Origin: an uncultured Candidatus Saccharibacteria bacterium
GTDB taxonomy: Bacteria; Patescibacteriota; Minisyncoccia; UBA6257; 2-01-FULL-56-20
NCBI GenBank assembly: GCA_964483915.1
Contig: CAZADL010000003.1
Span: 1-51,777 of the forward strand
Length of the DNA stretch: 51,777 bases
Direction of reading: 5' to 3'
Part shown: one piece after another, positions 1 to 8,783 of the stretch
Numbering within the stretch: position 1 is the stretch's first letter
Layout: every line of letters begins with the position of its first letter
Translations under genes and position numbers: made by a program
The notes under the pieces: model-generated
The model's input: the letters and a program-made list of their open reading frames with translations, nothing else
Database searches by the model: none
What the model was told of the DNA's origin: nothing

Positions 1-60
1 GCGGAGCGCGGCCGCCGTGCGGTCGCGCGGAGCAATCCTTTCAAATCGCGAAGTTTCTAT

Positions 61-148
61 TGGCGGAAAGGGAGGGATTCGAACCCTCGGTACCTTGCGG
101 TACACAGTCTTTCCAGGACTGCCGTTTAAACCACTCACGCACCTTTCC
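61..148 (-). tRNA. tRNA-Ser (anticodon GGA), CCA encoded
   Basis: Hand fold of the reverse complement gives acceptor GGAAAGG/CCTTTCC, anticodon stem CAGTC/GACTG with loop CTGGAAA, a long variable arm, T arm GAGGG-TTCGAAT-CCCTC, and discriminator G followed by CCA. Confidence 0.85.
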
Positions 149-211
149 CCGCCTCAAAGCTTAATCCAAAAAATCTGCCTCGGCAATCTGATATAAGGAA
201 AAATTATCGGC

Positions 212-1123
212 TCATACGCTGCCGCCCATTTTTTGGAGCGCCGCAATTCGCTCAGCGATCGGGGGGTGGGTCATAAATAATTTGTGCCACCATGAGGTCT
301 CACTCCCCTTGAACGGATTGTCGATCCACAGGTGCGCGGTAGAATCCTTCGCTGACTTCATGGGAACGGTATCCGCCTGAATCTTCCGGAGCGCGGAGAT
401 AAGCCCTTCGGGATAGCGCGTAAGGAGCACACTCGAAGCGTCAGCCAACGCCTCCCGGCGCCGCGAGATCGCAAGCTGGATAAGCACCGTGCCGATCGGC
501 GCAAGGATGGAAAGCACGATCGCCACGATAAAGAATATTTCCCCCGCTTCACTATTATTGTTGCCGCGCCGCCCGCCCATGCCGCCAAAGAAAAGTGACC
601 GGAGAAAAATGTCGGCGATGAGCGATATGATGCCGGCCAAAACTGCTGCGACGGTCGAAACAAGGATGTCACGGTTGCCCACATGAGAAAGTTCGTGCGC
701 GAGAACACCCTGCAGTTCCGTTTTATCAAGTTGTTGTAGCGCCCCCGCCGTTACCGCAACCGCGGCGTGCTTCGGGTCGCGGCCAGTCGCGAAAGCGTTG
801 ATCTGCATCTCGGGCGTCATATAGAGCTTTGGCATTGGCAAGCCCGCGGTGATCGTCAAATTTTCAACGATGTTCCAAAGATCCGGATTGTCGGTTTTTT
901 GAATTTCCTGCGCACGGGCGAGAGAGAGCGCAATCTTCGCCGAAGAATAATAACTTATGAGCGCGTAGACGATGCTGAAAATGCCGGCGAACATGATAAA
1001 GCTCGGATCGCCATACGCCATCGTGAGCGAATATCCGAGACCGAGGATTATCACAAAGAACACGGCGAAGAGAAGCCATGTTCGGCGGATGTTTTGAGAT
1101 TGGTATTGATAGAGATTAGCCAT
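212..1123 (-). CDS. htpX: M48-family zinc metalloprotease HtpX
   Basis: The 303-aa ORF has N-terminal TM helices and the HELSHVGNRD zinc motif, with a typical HtpX layout. Confidence 0.9.
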   Translation of the reverse strand: MANLYQYQSQNIRRTWLLFAVFFVIILGLGYSLTMAYGDPSFIMFAGIFSIVYALISYYSSAKIALSLARAQEIQKTDNPDLWNIVENLTITAGLPMPKLYMTPEMQINAFATGRDPKHAAVAVTAGALQQLDKTELQGVLAHELSHVGNRDILVSTVAAVLAGIISLIADIFLRSLFFGGMGGRRGNNNSEAGEIFFIVAIVLSILAPIGTVLIQLAISRRREALADASSVLLTRYPEGLISALRKIQADTVPMKSAKDSTAHLWIDNPFKGSETSWWHKLFMTHPPIAERIAALQKMGGSV

Positions 1124-1144
1124 GGAAAATAGACGACTACTGAT

Positions 1145-1222
1145 GTCGCCCTCGCGGAGGCGAGGGTCCGTGCTTTAAAAAAATAGCGGGAGCACGGATT
1201 CTCCGCCTTTGCGGAGGACGAC
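1145..1222. repeat. Bipartite palindromic intergenic element (divergent member of the GTCATTCC family)
   Basis: Two GC-rich hairpins (GCCCTCGCGGAGGCGAGGGT and TCTCCGCCTTTGCGGAGGA) are separated by an A/T spacer, with partly inverted termini GTCGCC/GGACGAC. It lies between the lemA and htpX genes. Confidence 0.45.
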
Positions 1223-1228
1223 AAAAAA

Positions 1229-1780
1229 TCAGAACTTCACTTGTACCGACTCGCGCTCCGCGTCCGTCATGTCGCCGCCGAAGAAATCCATTTGTTTGAA
1301 ACCGAATATACCCGCGATGATGTTCGACGGGAACGCTTGGATTTTTGTGTTCAGGTCGCGCACCATACCGTTGTAGAACCGGCGCGCTGCTTGGATTTTG
1401 TCTTCCGTGTCAGTCAGTTCGTTCTGTAAGTTCAAGAAATTTTCGTTCGCCTTAAGCTGGGGATAATTTTCCGCAACCGCGAAAAGTGATTTCAGGGCGC
1501 CGGATAAATTATCCTCCGCGCCCGCTTTGGCGGGACCAGTCGCCTGCATTGCCTGCGTCCGCGCCGCTGTCACTTTTTCAAACACACCCGCTTCGTGCGC
1601 CATATATCCTTTCACCGATTCCACCAAGTTCGGAATAAGGTCGTACCGGCGCTTCAGTTGGACATCGATGTCCGAAAATGCTTCCCGCGCCTGATTCCGC
1701 GTGCGGATCAGCCCGTTGAACGCCCCGATGAGCCAGAGCACCACAACCACAACCACCACCCAAATTATTATGGTAATCAT
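1229..1780 (-). CDS. lemA: LemA family protein
   Basis: The 183-aa ORF has an N-terminal TM helix followed by the LemA-like segment IRTRNQAREAFSDIDVQLKRRYDLIPNLVE. Confidence 0.85.
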   Translation of the reverse strand: MITIIIWVVVVVVVLWLIGAFNGLIRTRNQAREAFSDIDVQLKRRYDLIPNLVESVKGYMAHEAGVFEKVTAARTQAMQATGPAKAGAEDNLSGALKSLFAVAENYPQLKANENFLNLQNELTDTEDKIQAARRFYNGMVRDLNTKIQAFPSNIIAGIFGFKQMDFFGGDMTDAERESVQVKF

Positions 1781-1799
1781 GGTTTGAAGTATAGCAGAT

Positions 1800-3416
1800 T
1801 TACCGTTTTCTTTCCAATTTCTTCAACTTGATCTGCGTGGCGCGTTCGGCATCCATGCGCGTCAAGGGCGGATCGCCGCTTTGATTTACAAATTGCATTG
1901 CGCGGCCAAGGCGCGGGTGAACTTCGGTCAGCAAACGGTGCATCTCCTGGCAAATTTTCCGATAACCGGGATGTCCCTGCGGCGACGTGCGGAGCTCCAA
2001 GAGATGGAATGCCTCACGGGCGTTCATAATAAACCGGTAGCGAAGTTTGTGGCCGAGAAGCGTCGCGTATTGTGATTCTTCTTCAAATCCCGCCGCTCGC
2101 AACGATGCCCATAATTTTTCCGAAATCGCGAAACATTCTTTGAATTGCGCCTCGAATCCGGTCTCTTTAATAAGCTCCGGAACATCATAGCCATATTTCA
2201 CGGTGAGGTTCTGCCATTCCCATGCATCCACGATACGGTGGCGTTGGAGGTCGCGGAACGTGCCGTAATCGGCGACGATCTCCCACTTGTAATGTGCTTC
2301 TTCAAGCGCCCGGCCTGGTTTGTGCCGGCGGTTCAAGCGGTGACCAATATACGTGGTGAATGCTTCTTCCTTTCGACTGGCCGGCCACGATGCGATCTCG
2401 CGTCGAAGCTCTGCCTCTGAAAATTCGCTCGTTTCAAAAAACATTCCCGGCAGAAGTTCTCGTTCGTCCTTCGGCGAGTAATCAATAAGTCGAACCTCTT
2501 GGGAAAAATCGTTACTTTCCTTCGCGAGATATTTTTTCACAAATTCACGGAGTTTATGCTTTGTTTCCTCAAGATACATCACCCACGCAAGTCCCCGCTC
2601 CGGCAGATCGGCACGTTTAAGAAATTCACCGATAACCTTGCGGGATTCACGAAGCAAGAGCCGTCCGGTCTCGTTCGATTCCTCGAGCGGATCAGCGAGG
2701 AGCCGCCGCACCATCGCCTCCATCGCCTGCGAAGACGCAACGATGCCGACGGTCGATTTCGTAGCCACCGGCAGGGTCGGCCGCGTGGCATCGCATGCCT
2801 GCGCGCGCGTGGCGCCGAGCCATGCGGTCCGTTCCGTTCTTTCAACCGGTTCCGGATTCTTCTTACGGACGTAATCCGTCACACTGCGGACAATCTCGGA
2901 ATAGAGCGAGAATATTTTATCAAGCGACGTGCGATATCCTTTTTTAAGCTCGTCCGGCAGGTTCCGCGGTGTGAAATATTTGTAATTTCCGTGAGTATCC
3001 TTCTTGTCGTAATAGATGTAACGCGTGGACTGCTCAAGATATGAGGCGAGGCGGCTCCATTCTATTTTTTTGGTGAGCAGGTTGGATGCATCTTCCACGA
3101 CCGTAGCGATCGTGATGAGTTGTTGGACCGAATCATCGCCATACGCCGTAACGATCCGATCAAGAAGATCTCCCGCGCCTTCCTCGCCCGTCGTGGCAAA
3201 TTCGTCAAGATAAATCTCACGCAGGTCGCTCCCGCGACGCGAGAGCCGTGCCATAGCCGCCGCCGCAAGAAGCGGGGACGACTCACTCGTAAACGCATAG
3301 ATTGATCCCTCCGTATCGGTCACTATCTTTTTTAAATGCGCCTCACCTTCCGGCGTGATGTGGATGCTGCCGTCTTCATTTTTCGCGACGTATGGATTTT
3401 GTTTTTTCTCCGGCAT
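1800..3416 (-). CDS. ThyX-like (FAD-dependent thymidylate synthase family) protein, unusually long
   Basis: ThyX-type motifs are spread over about 540 aa: LEQSTRY in the N-terminal half, then DLQRHR and LELRTSPQGHPGYR in the C-terminal half. The start is set at MPEKK (3416) because the longer ORF start (3506) overlaps rnhB. Confidence 0.5.
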   Translation of the reverse strand: MPEKKQNPYVAKNEDGSIHITPEGEAHLKKIVTDTEGSIYAFTSESSPLLAAAAMARLSRRGSDLREIYLDEFATTGEEGAGDLLDRIVTAYGDDSVQQLITIATVVEDASNLLTKKIEWSRLASYLEQSTRYIYYDKKDTHGNYKYFTPRNLPDELKKGYRTSLDKIFSLYSEIVRSVTDYVRKKNPEPVERTERTAWLGATRAQACDATRPTLPVATKSTVGIVASSQAMEAMVRRLLADPLEESNETGRLLLRESRKVIGEFLKRADLPERGLAWVMYLEETKHKLREFVKKYLAKESNDFSQEVRLIDYSPKDERELLPGMFFETSEFSEAELRREIASWPASRKEEAFTTYIGHRLNRRHKPGRALEEAHYKWEIVADYGTFRDLQRHRIVDAWEWQNLTVKYGYDVPELIKETGFEAQFKECFAISEKLWASLRAAGFEEESQYATLLGHKLRYRFIMNAREAFHLLELRTSPQGHPGYRKICQEMHRLLTEVHPRLGRAMQFVNQSGDPPLTRMDAERATQIKLKKLERKR

Positions 3417-3468
3417 AAATTTTATATTGATTACATTGTAACAGAAAATTTTCGCCGTTTTTGTTCCT

Positions 3469-4101
3469 TTATAAAAAGGTTGCTCGATGAACGTCGCATG
3501 GTCCATGTTTTCTCAGCGCCTTATAATGCATTTTCGTGCCGTAGCCTTTGTGTTTCTCAAAACCGTATGCCGGATATTTTTTTGCCAAACGGACCATGAA
3601 GCGATCGCGCGTGACCTTTGCGACGATAGAAGCGATGGCGATTGCTCGGATTTTTTCATCGCCCCGAATGACCGTTTTCACGGTCATTCGCCCTGAGCGA
3701 GCGTAACGAGTCGAAGGGTTTTTTCCACCGTTGCCCAAAAACAACCCTCCGTCGAGAAAGATTCGGGTTTTGGCGGCTAGCGATTTGCGATTGGCGATTA
3801 GTTTTTTATACGCTTTTAGTGCCGCGAGGTTCGCGGCGCGTGAGATGTTCATTTTTTCAATTCGGTGCGGGTAGACACGCGAGACCGCAAATTCAATCGC
3901 CGGGTTTTCCTTAAAATACGCGAGCCACGCCATGCGTTGTTTCGGAGAAAGTTTTTTTGAATCGCGCAGTTTGCCGAGCTTATAGACCTGGGTTCCGGCT
4001 TTCGCCGGAACGACACTTTTAATCAGCGCTGCCGCGACGACGACTGGTCCTGCCAAGGCACCTCGCCCAACCTCATCAATGCCGATTACGCATCTCTTCA
4101 T
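3469..4101 (-). CDS. rnhB: Ribonuclease HII
   Basis: The ORF has the IGIDEVGRGALAGPVVVAA N-terminal motif and DSKKLSPKQR, at 210 aa. Confidence 0.9.
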   Translation of the reverse strand: MKRCVIGIDEVGRGALAGPVVVAAALIKSVVPAKAGTQVYKLGKLRDSKKLSPKQRMAWLAYFKENPAIEFAVSRVYPHRIEKMNISRAANLAALKAYKKLIANRKSLAAKTRIFLDGGLFLGNGGKNPSTRYARSGRMTVKTVIRGDEKIRAIAIASIVAKVTRDRFMVRLAKKYPAYGFEKHKGYGTKMHYKALRKHGPCDVHRATFL

Positions 4102-4904
4102 AGCGAAACGATCCCTCCTTTTTCTTTTAAAAATCCCTCACGCGAAAGCATACTTACCGCTCTTATGATTCGATCTCTTGGTCGCAGGATCGCCTTTTCT
4201 AAACTTTCGACGCGTATCTTTTTGTGGGCGATCATAAGCCGGAGGATCTTCCCGCGAATTTCGCGGTCGGAGCCGGAAAATTTTGATTGCCGCGCATAAT
4301 GCGCGCTCCGGCGATTGGGATTCGTTTTTGCCGTCGCGCCGAGCATCGCGCCGTAGTCCATCAAGGCGAAATACCATGCTCGGGGATTCTTACGGTTGAG
4401 TGTCTCCTCGATAAGTGGCAAAATCTCGCGATCACGAACGCCTTTTCTTATTGAAAAAAAGAAATGAATGAAAACGCGGCGAATGTTGGTCTCAATAAAA
4501 ACATCCGGCTTGTTCCACGAGAACGCGCGAATGGCACCCGCGGTATATGGTCCTACGCCCGGAAGCGATTCAAGGGTTTCTCGTCCTTGCGGTAGCTCCC
4601 CGCCATATCTTTTCATGACGATTTTTGCAAGTGCTCGTACGGCCAGTGCGCGGCGGTTATAGCCAAGCCCTTGCCAAGCATGGAGCACATCGCTTTTTTT
4701 CGCATTCGCGAGCAAATGAAAGTTCGGGAATCTTTTAATGAATTTTTCATAAAAAGTTTGTACCCGTTCCACCTGCGTTTGCTGCAGCATGATCTCTGAG
4801 ATCAGGATCCGATACGGATCCCGCGTAGAACGCCACGGGAGATTCCTGCCTGACGCTCGATAATATTTGGAAATAGTTTTTCGGAATGTTCCACGCGACA
4901 CCAT
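4098..4904 (-). CDS. MutY-like HhH-GPD DNA glycosylase lacking Fe-S cluster cysteines
   Basis: Motifs present are NLPWR, PYRILISEIMLQQTQV, GLGYNRRA, the LPGVGPYTAGAI hairpin-helix-hairpin and FALMDYGA. The 268-aa protein has no cysteine, and its C-terminus looks winged-helix-like rather than NUDIX-like. Confidence 0.7.
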   Translation of the reverse strand: MVSRGTFRKTISKYYRASGRNLPWRSTRDPYRILISEIMLQQTQVERVQTFYEKFIKRFPNFHLLANAKKSDVLHAWQGLGYNRRALAVRALAKIVMKRYGGELPQGRETLESLPGVGPYTAGAIRAFSWNKPDVFIETNIRRVFIHFFFSIRKGVRDREILPLIEETLNRKNPRAWYFALMDYGAMLGATAKTNPNRRSAHYARQSKFSGSDREIRGKILRLMIAHKKIRVESLEKAILRPRDRIIRAVSMLSREGFLKEKGGIVSL

Positions 4905-5093
4905 GCGTCCACCTTAGCATCGGCGACTAAGTTCAACAAGTTTCATGACGGCGACCTCAGCGAAAACGGGCTTCACTTGCGCGAGCAAAGAGAAAAAATG
5001 GCGGGTATCCGTGATCGTGGAGGAAACAAGCGAAGGGTTCTCATTCTGCGCGACCGTGAGTTTGAGTCGCTCAGAATGAAAACCCGACGCCAG

Positions 5094-5123
5094 TTGACAA
5101 AACAAACGATAGTATGGTAGAGT
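5094..5123 (+). promoter_or_regulatory. Possible sigma70-type promoter for the RRM protein gene
   Basis: TTGACA (5094-5099) is separated by 18 nt from TAGAGT (5118-5123). This would give a 5' UTR of about 140 nt. Confidence 0.3.
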
Positions 5124-5264
5124 TTCCCCAATGTAAGTGTTCTTAGTAGGTTTCAGCTTGCGTGCCCTTTTGGGTTCATCTTGAAATTCGAGATTGATTC
5201 CGGGACATAGAGTAAAGAAGCAGAGGAGAAGGAGGTCGGCTTACAGAAAAGCAATCTAAGTTAG

Positions 5265-5579
5265 ATGGCAAAAAAATTATACGTGGGAGGTTTGCCGTAT
5301 TCCACGACGGATGACGAGCTTCGCGAAGCGTTCGCGAAAGCCGGCGCCGTCGCAACGGTCACGATCCTCATGGACAAAATGACGGGCCGCTCGCGCGGTT
5401 TCGGTTTTGTCGAGATGGAGAATGACGAGGACGCCGCAAAGGCGATCGACATGTGGAACGGCCAGGACTTCGGCGGCCGGAAGCTTACGGTCAATGAAGC
5501 AAAGCCTATGGAGCCCCGTGCTCCCCGCTCCGACAACGGTGGTGGTGGCTATGGCGGCGGAAACCGCCGCAGCTGGTAA
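5265..5579 (+). CDS. RRM-type RNA-binding protein with glycine-rich tail
   Basis: It has RNP-2 (KLYVGGL), RNP-1 (RGFGFVEM) and a C-terminal GGGGYGGGNRR tail. An AGGAGG Shine-Dalgarno sequence lies upstream. Confidence 0.9.
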   Translation: MAKKLYVGGLPYSTTDDELREAFAKAGAVATVTILMDKMTGRSRGFGFVEMENDEDAAKAIDMWNGQDFGGRKLTVNEAKPMEPRAPRSDNGGGGYGGGNRRSW

Positions 5580-5596
5580 CGCCGCGTTCGGTACAA

Positions 5597-5630
5597 CAAA
5601 AATCCCAGCCGAGGCGGGGATTTTTGTTTG
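5597..5630 (+). terminator. Intrinsic terminator of the RRM gene
   Basis: The stem AAAATCCC/GGGATTTT is followed by TTTTTGTTTG. Confidence 0.6.
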
Positions 5631-5639
5631 CGTGTCGAT

Positions 5640-5698
5640 AGAGAGATGTCCGTTCTGCGGGACTTGAACTCACAGTCCCGCAGAACGGACATCTCTCT
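5640..5698. repeat. Perfect 25-bp inverted repeat (hairpin) between convergent genes
   Basis: AGAGAGATGTCCGTTCTGCGGGACT (5640-5664) and its exact reverse complement (5674-5698) are separated by a 9-nt loop. Confidence 0.8.
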
Positions 5699-5757
5699 TC
5701 CATAAAAAATCCCCTGTCGGATAAAATATTTTTGAATACCTCACTTAAAGATAGAAA

Positions 5758-6741
5758 TTATTTCCGGAATCCGGAACTGATGATCATATCAAGCAATGTC
5801 GGGAATGGAATTCCGGCGGCAGCTGCTGCCTTCGGCAACAAACTCGCCTCGGTCATTCCAGGAATCGTATTGGTTTCCAAAATATAAAATTTTCCGCCCT
5901 TCAAAATGAAATCCGAACGGGACATGCCACGACATCCGAGCGCAATATATGCTTGCACGGCAAGCTTCTGAATTTCCCCGATCTGCTTCGCGGAAATCCT
6001 TGCGGGCGTAATTTCCAAACTGCCGCCCGTTGCATATTTCGCATGGTAATCAAAAAACAAAGCTGATTGCGGAACGATCTCGGTCGGCGGCAACGCAAAT
6101 GGATTCCCCGCCTCGTCCTCTATGACGCCACAGGTAACCTCTTTCCCTTTTATATACTTTTGAACCATAACTCGCCTGCTCTCACCGAACGCTTTTTTGA
6201 GCGCCGTGGCTATTTCTTTCTTCGTTTTCACGATTGAAACGCCGACGCTCGATCCGCCGTTGACCGGCTTCACGACGACCGGAAGCGAAACGCCGCTTAT
6301 TCGCGCCATCCGTTTTTCAATGATAACATACGGCGGAACGCGCAGACCGATCGCCGAATAGATAACGTTCGACATCTCCTTATCCATCGCAAGCGCAGAT
6401 GACATGACGCCCGCACCGCTGTAGGGCAAACCCAGCCATTCAAGGAGCGACTGGATCCGGCCGTCTTCCCCAAAGATGCCATGAAGCGCGACGAACACAA
6501 AATCAAATTTCTCGCGGCTTATTTTTTGGATGGCGGTGCCGATATCCACCGATTTTTCTTTTCCGAATTTCCATGTCCCGTTTTTCCCGATAATGACAAG
6601 ATGCGCGTCGTATTTCGCCGCATCAAGATTCTTGACGATCATCCGCGAGGTTGCGAGCGATACCTCGTGCTCCGACGACAATCCTCCACCGATTACCAAC
6701 ATTTTCAATTTTTTTCGAAAAGGCAAACGTCGTTTAATCAT
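5758..6741 (-). CDS. ddl: D-alanine--D-alanine ligase
   Basis: Ddl ATP-grasp layout with GGLSSEHEVS, FVALHGIFGEDG and ETNTIPGMT. The alternative start MLVIGGG is at 6702. Confidence 0.9.
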   Translation of the reverse strand: MIKRRLPFRKKLKMLVIGGGLSSEHEVSLATSRMIVKNLDAAKYDAHLVIIGKNGTWKFGKEKSVDIGTAIQKISREKFDFVFVALHGIFGEDGRIQSLLEWLGLPYSGAGVMSSALAMDKEMSNVIYSAIGLRVPPYVIIEKRMARISGVSLPVVVKPVNGGSSVGVSIVKTKKEIATALKKAFGESRRVMVQKYIKGKEVTCGVIEDEAGNPFALPPTEIVPQSALFFDYHAKYATGGSLEITPARISAKQIGEIQKLAVQAYIALGCRGMSRSDFILKGGKFYILETNTIPGMTEASLLPKAAAAAGIPFPTLLDMIISSGFRK

Positions 6742-6815
6742 AATTTCATAATATCAGATGTCGCGGGAAACAAAAAAATGATGTGGTTTTTAAAATTATG
6801 ATAGAATGATGTCAT

Positions 6816-7865
6816 ATGGAAATCGCGCTTTTTGCTGTCATTGTCGTCCTCTTCGCCGTCATCGCATGGCGGTTATTTATGGCGCCAAAACCGAAACAGG
6901 ATAACCAATCGCTTATCCTCCTGCAAAACCAGATGCAGGCAGAACAGAAACAGCTCCAAGAACGGCTCGGTGAGCTCACAAAAATGCTCGACGTGCGGCT
7001 TGGCGATTCAACGAAAACCATGCTCGCGCAATCCGACAAGAGCGTGCAGATCGTGCGCGAGATCACGAGCGAGATTACAAAAGTGCAGGAGGGGCAGAAA
7101 CAGATGATAACGCTGAACGACCAGCTGAAAAACTTGAACGATATTTTGACGAATACCAAGCAACGCGGCGTGCTCGGCGAATATTATCTTGAAACTGTCC
7201 TCAAAAATGTTCTCCCGCCCGGAGCGTACCAACTACAATATCCGTTCAAGGATGGCACGAAAGTTGACGCTGTGATTTTTTACGAAGATCACGTCATCCC
7301 TATCGATTCCAAGTTCAGTTTGGAAAATTACAACCGCTTGGCCACCGCAACGTCCGATAATGAACGTGAACAATACGAGGATGCGCTTCGGAACGATCTG
7401 AAAATGCGCATTGACGAAACCGCGAAATATATCAAACCGGCCGAAGACACCGTGAATTTTGCCTTTATGTTCATCCCATCCGAAGCGCTCTACTACGATC
7501 TTCTTGTAAATAAGGTCGGCTCCGCCGCCGAGCGTGACCTTATTCAATACGCTGCCGAGAAACGCGTCTATCCTGTTTCCCCAACGACCTTCTACGCTTA
7601 TCTCCAGATGGCGCTCCAGGGACTCCGCCAGATCGAGATCAACAGGTCCGCAGAGCAAATCCGAAAAAATGTCGGGGAGCTTCAGAAACATCTCGCGCGC
7701 TATGAAGAATATCTTGAGAAGATCGGTACGCATCTCGCGACGGCCGTGAACGCCCACGCGACCGCTACCAAAGAATTCGGAAAAATAGACAAAGACATTG
7801 TGCGTATTGCCAGCACGGAAAAGGAAACTCTTTCGGGCAAAAAGGAAGACGCCGGCGAAAGATAG
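6816..7865 (+). CDS. rmuC: DNA recombination protein RmuC
   Basis: An N-terminal TM helix and coiled coil are followed by the RmuC nuclease-like core VDAVIFYEDHVIPIDSKFSLENY. Confidence 0.85.
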   Translation: MEIALFAVIVVLFAVIAWRLFMAPKPKQDNQSLILLQNQMQAEQKQLQERLGELTKMLDVRLGDSTKTMLAQSDKSVQIVREITSEITKVQEGQKQMITLNDQLKNLNDILTNTKQRGVLGEYYLETVLKNVLPPGAYQLQYPFKDGTKVDAVIFYEDHVIPIDSKFSLENYNRLATATSDNEREQYEDALRNDLKMRIDETAKYIKPAEDTVNFAFMFIPSEALYYDLLVNKVGSAAERDLIQYAAEKRVYPVSPTTFYAYLQMALQGLRQIEINRSAEQIRKNVGELQKHLARYEEYLEKIGTHLATAVNAHATATKEFGKIDKDIVRIASTEKETLSGKKEDAGER

Positions 7866-7868
7866 CTT

Positions 7869-8777
7869 CTAGTTCTTGAGATAACGCCGGACCGCGATAA
7901 AACTGGAGAATGCGCCGAGCACGACACCGAAGAGCAGGTTATAGAGAAAGAGCGAGAAGAAGTGGGACAAGAAATAATGGAAAAGATTCATCCCGGGGAT
8001 GAAGACATTGAGGTACGGATCCACAACAAAAATAATAGGCGTGGAAATCACGAGCGCGAGAATGGCGGCGATCGCGCCACAGAGCGTTCCTTCCACAACG
8101 TATGGCCCGCGCACGAGCGCGTTTGAAGCTCCCACGACACGCATCACCCCGATTTCTTCGCGGTTTGAATAGATCGCAAGCCGGATCGTGTTGAAAACAA
8201 CCAGTCCCGCAAGAAAAGCGAATACGATCATCACGATCGCCCCGCCGACCTCCACGGTCCGAACGATGCGTGCCAAACGGTCAATGACGCTTTGGTTCTG
8301 GGTATAGCTCACTGAATCGATATACTGCGAAAGATCGCTGGAGTTCAGGTAATCGGCAATGGCGCCGTACTGGCTTGGATTTTTTGCTTTGACATTCAGG
8401 GAAGCCTCGAGCGGATTGGAATCGAGCTCGTTCACCGCCTGCGTAATGGTCGTATCTTGGGCGTGATTTTGTTTGAACGTGGCGAGTGCCTGATCCCGCG
8501 AGATATAGTTCACGCTCTGCACTTCCGGCAACCCTCCAAGCGATTGCTGGATGCTTAAAATCTCGTCCTCGGGCGTATTGGTGTTGAAATAGACGCTGAT
8601 GTCGATCTTATCTTCAATGGACGCGGCTGCGCGGCTCGTCACGACGCCGAAGAAAATAAGCCATGCAAAAACGAGCAGGGCAAGCGTCATAATGATAACC
8701 GTGACCGTTGTGAGCCAGCCGTTCCGCCAAAAATTCTTGAAGCCGAAATGGAAAATTCTGGAGATAATGGTAAACAT
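7869..8777 (-). CDS. ftsX: Cell-division ABC transporter permease FtsX
   Basis: The 302-aa ORF has one TM helix, a periplasmic domain and three C-terminal TM helices. It lies directly downstream of ftsE. Confidence 0.85.
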   Translation of the reverse strand: MFTIISRIFHFGFKNFWRNGWLTTVTVIIMTLALLVFAWLIFFGVVTSRAAASIEDKIDISVYFNTNTPEDEILSIQQSLGGLPEVQSVNYISRDQALATFKQNHAQDTTITQAVNELDSNPLEASLNVKAKNPSQYGAIADYLNSSDLSQYIDSVSYTQNQSVIDRLARIVRTVEVGGAIVMIVFAFLAGLVVFNTIRLAIYSNREEIGVMRVVGASNALVRGPYVVEGTLCGAIAAILALVISTPIIFVVDPYLNVFIPGMNLFHYFLSHFFSLFLYNLLFGVVLGAFSSFIAVRRYLKN

Positions 8778-8783
8778 AGTTGT

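Noticed and set aside
4914-5105. A 63-aa minus-strand ORF lies immediately upstream of the MutY-like gene.
   Set aside because: It has no motif, and it overlaps the putative promoter of the RRM gene on the other strand. There is too little evidence to call it a gene.
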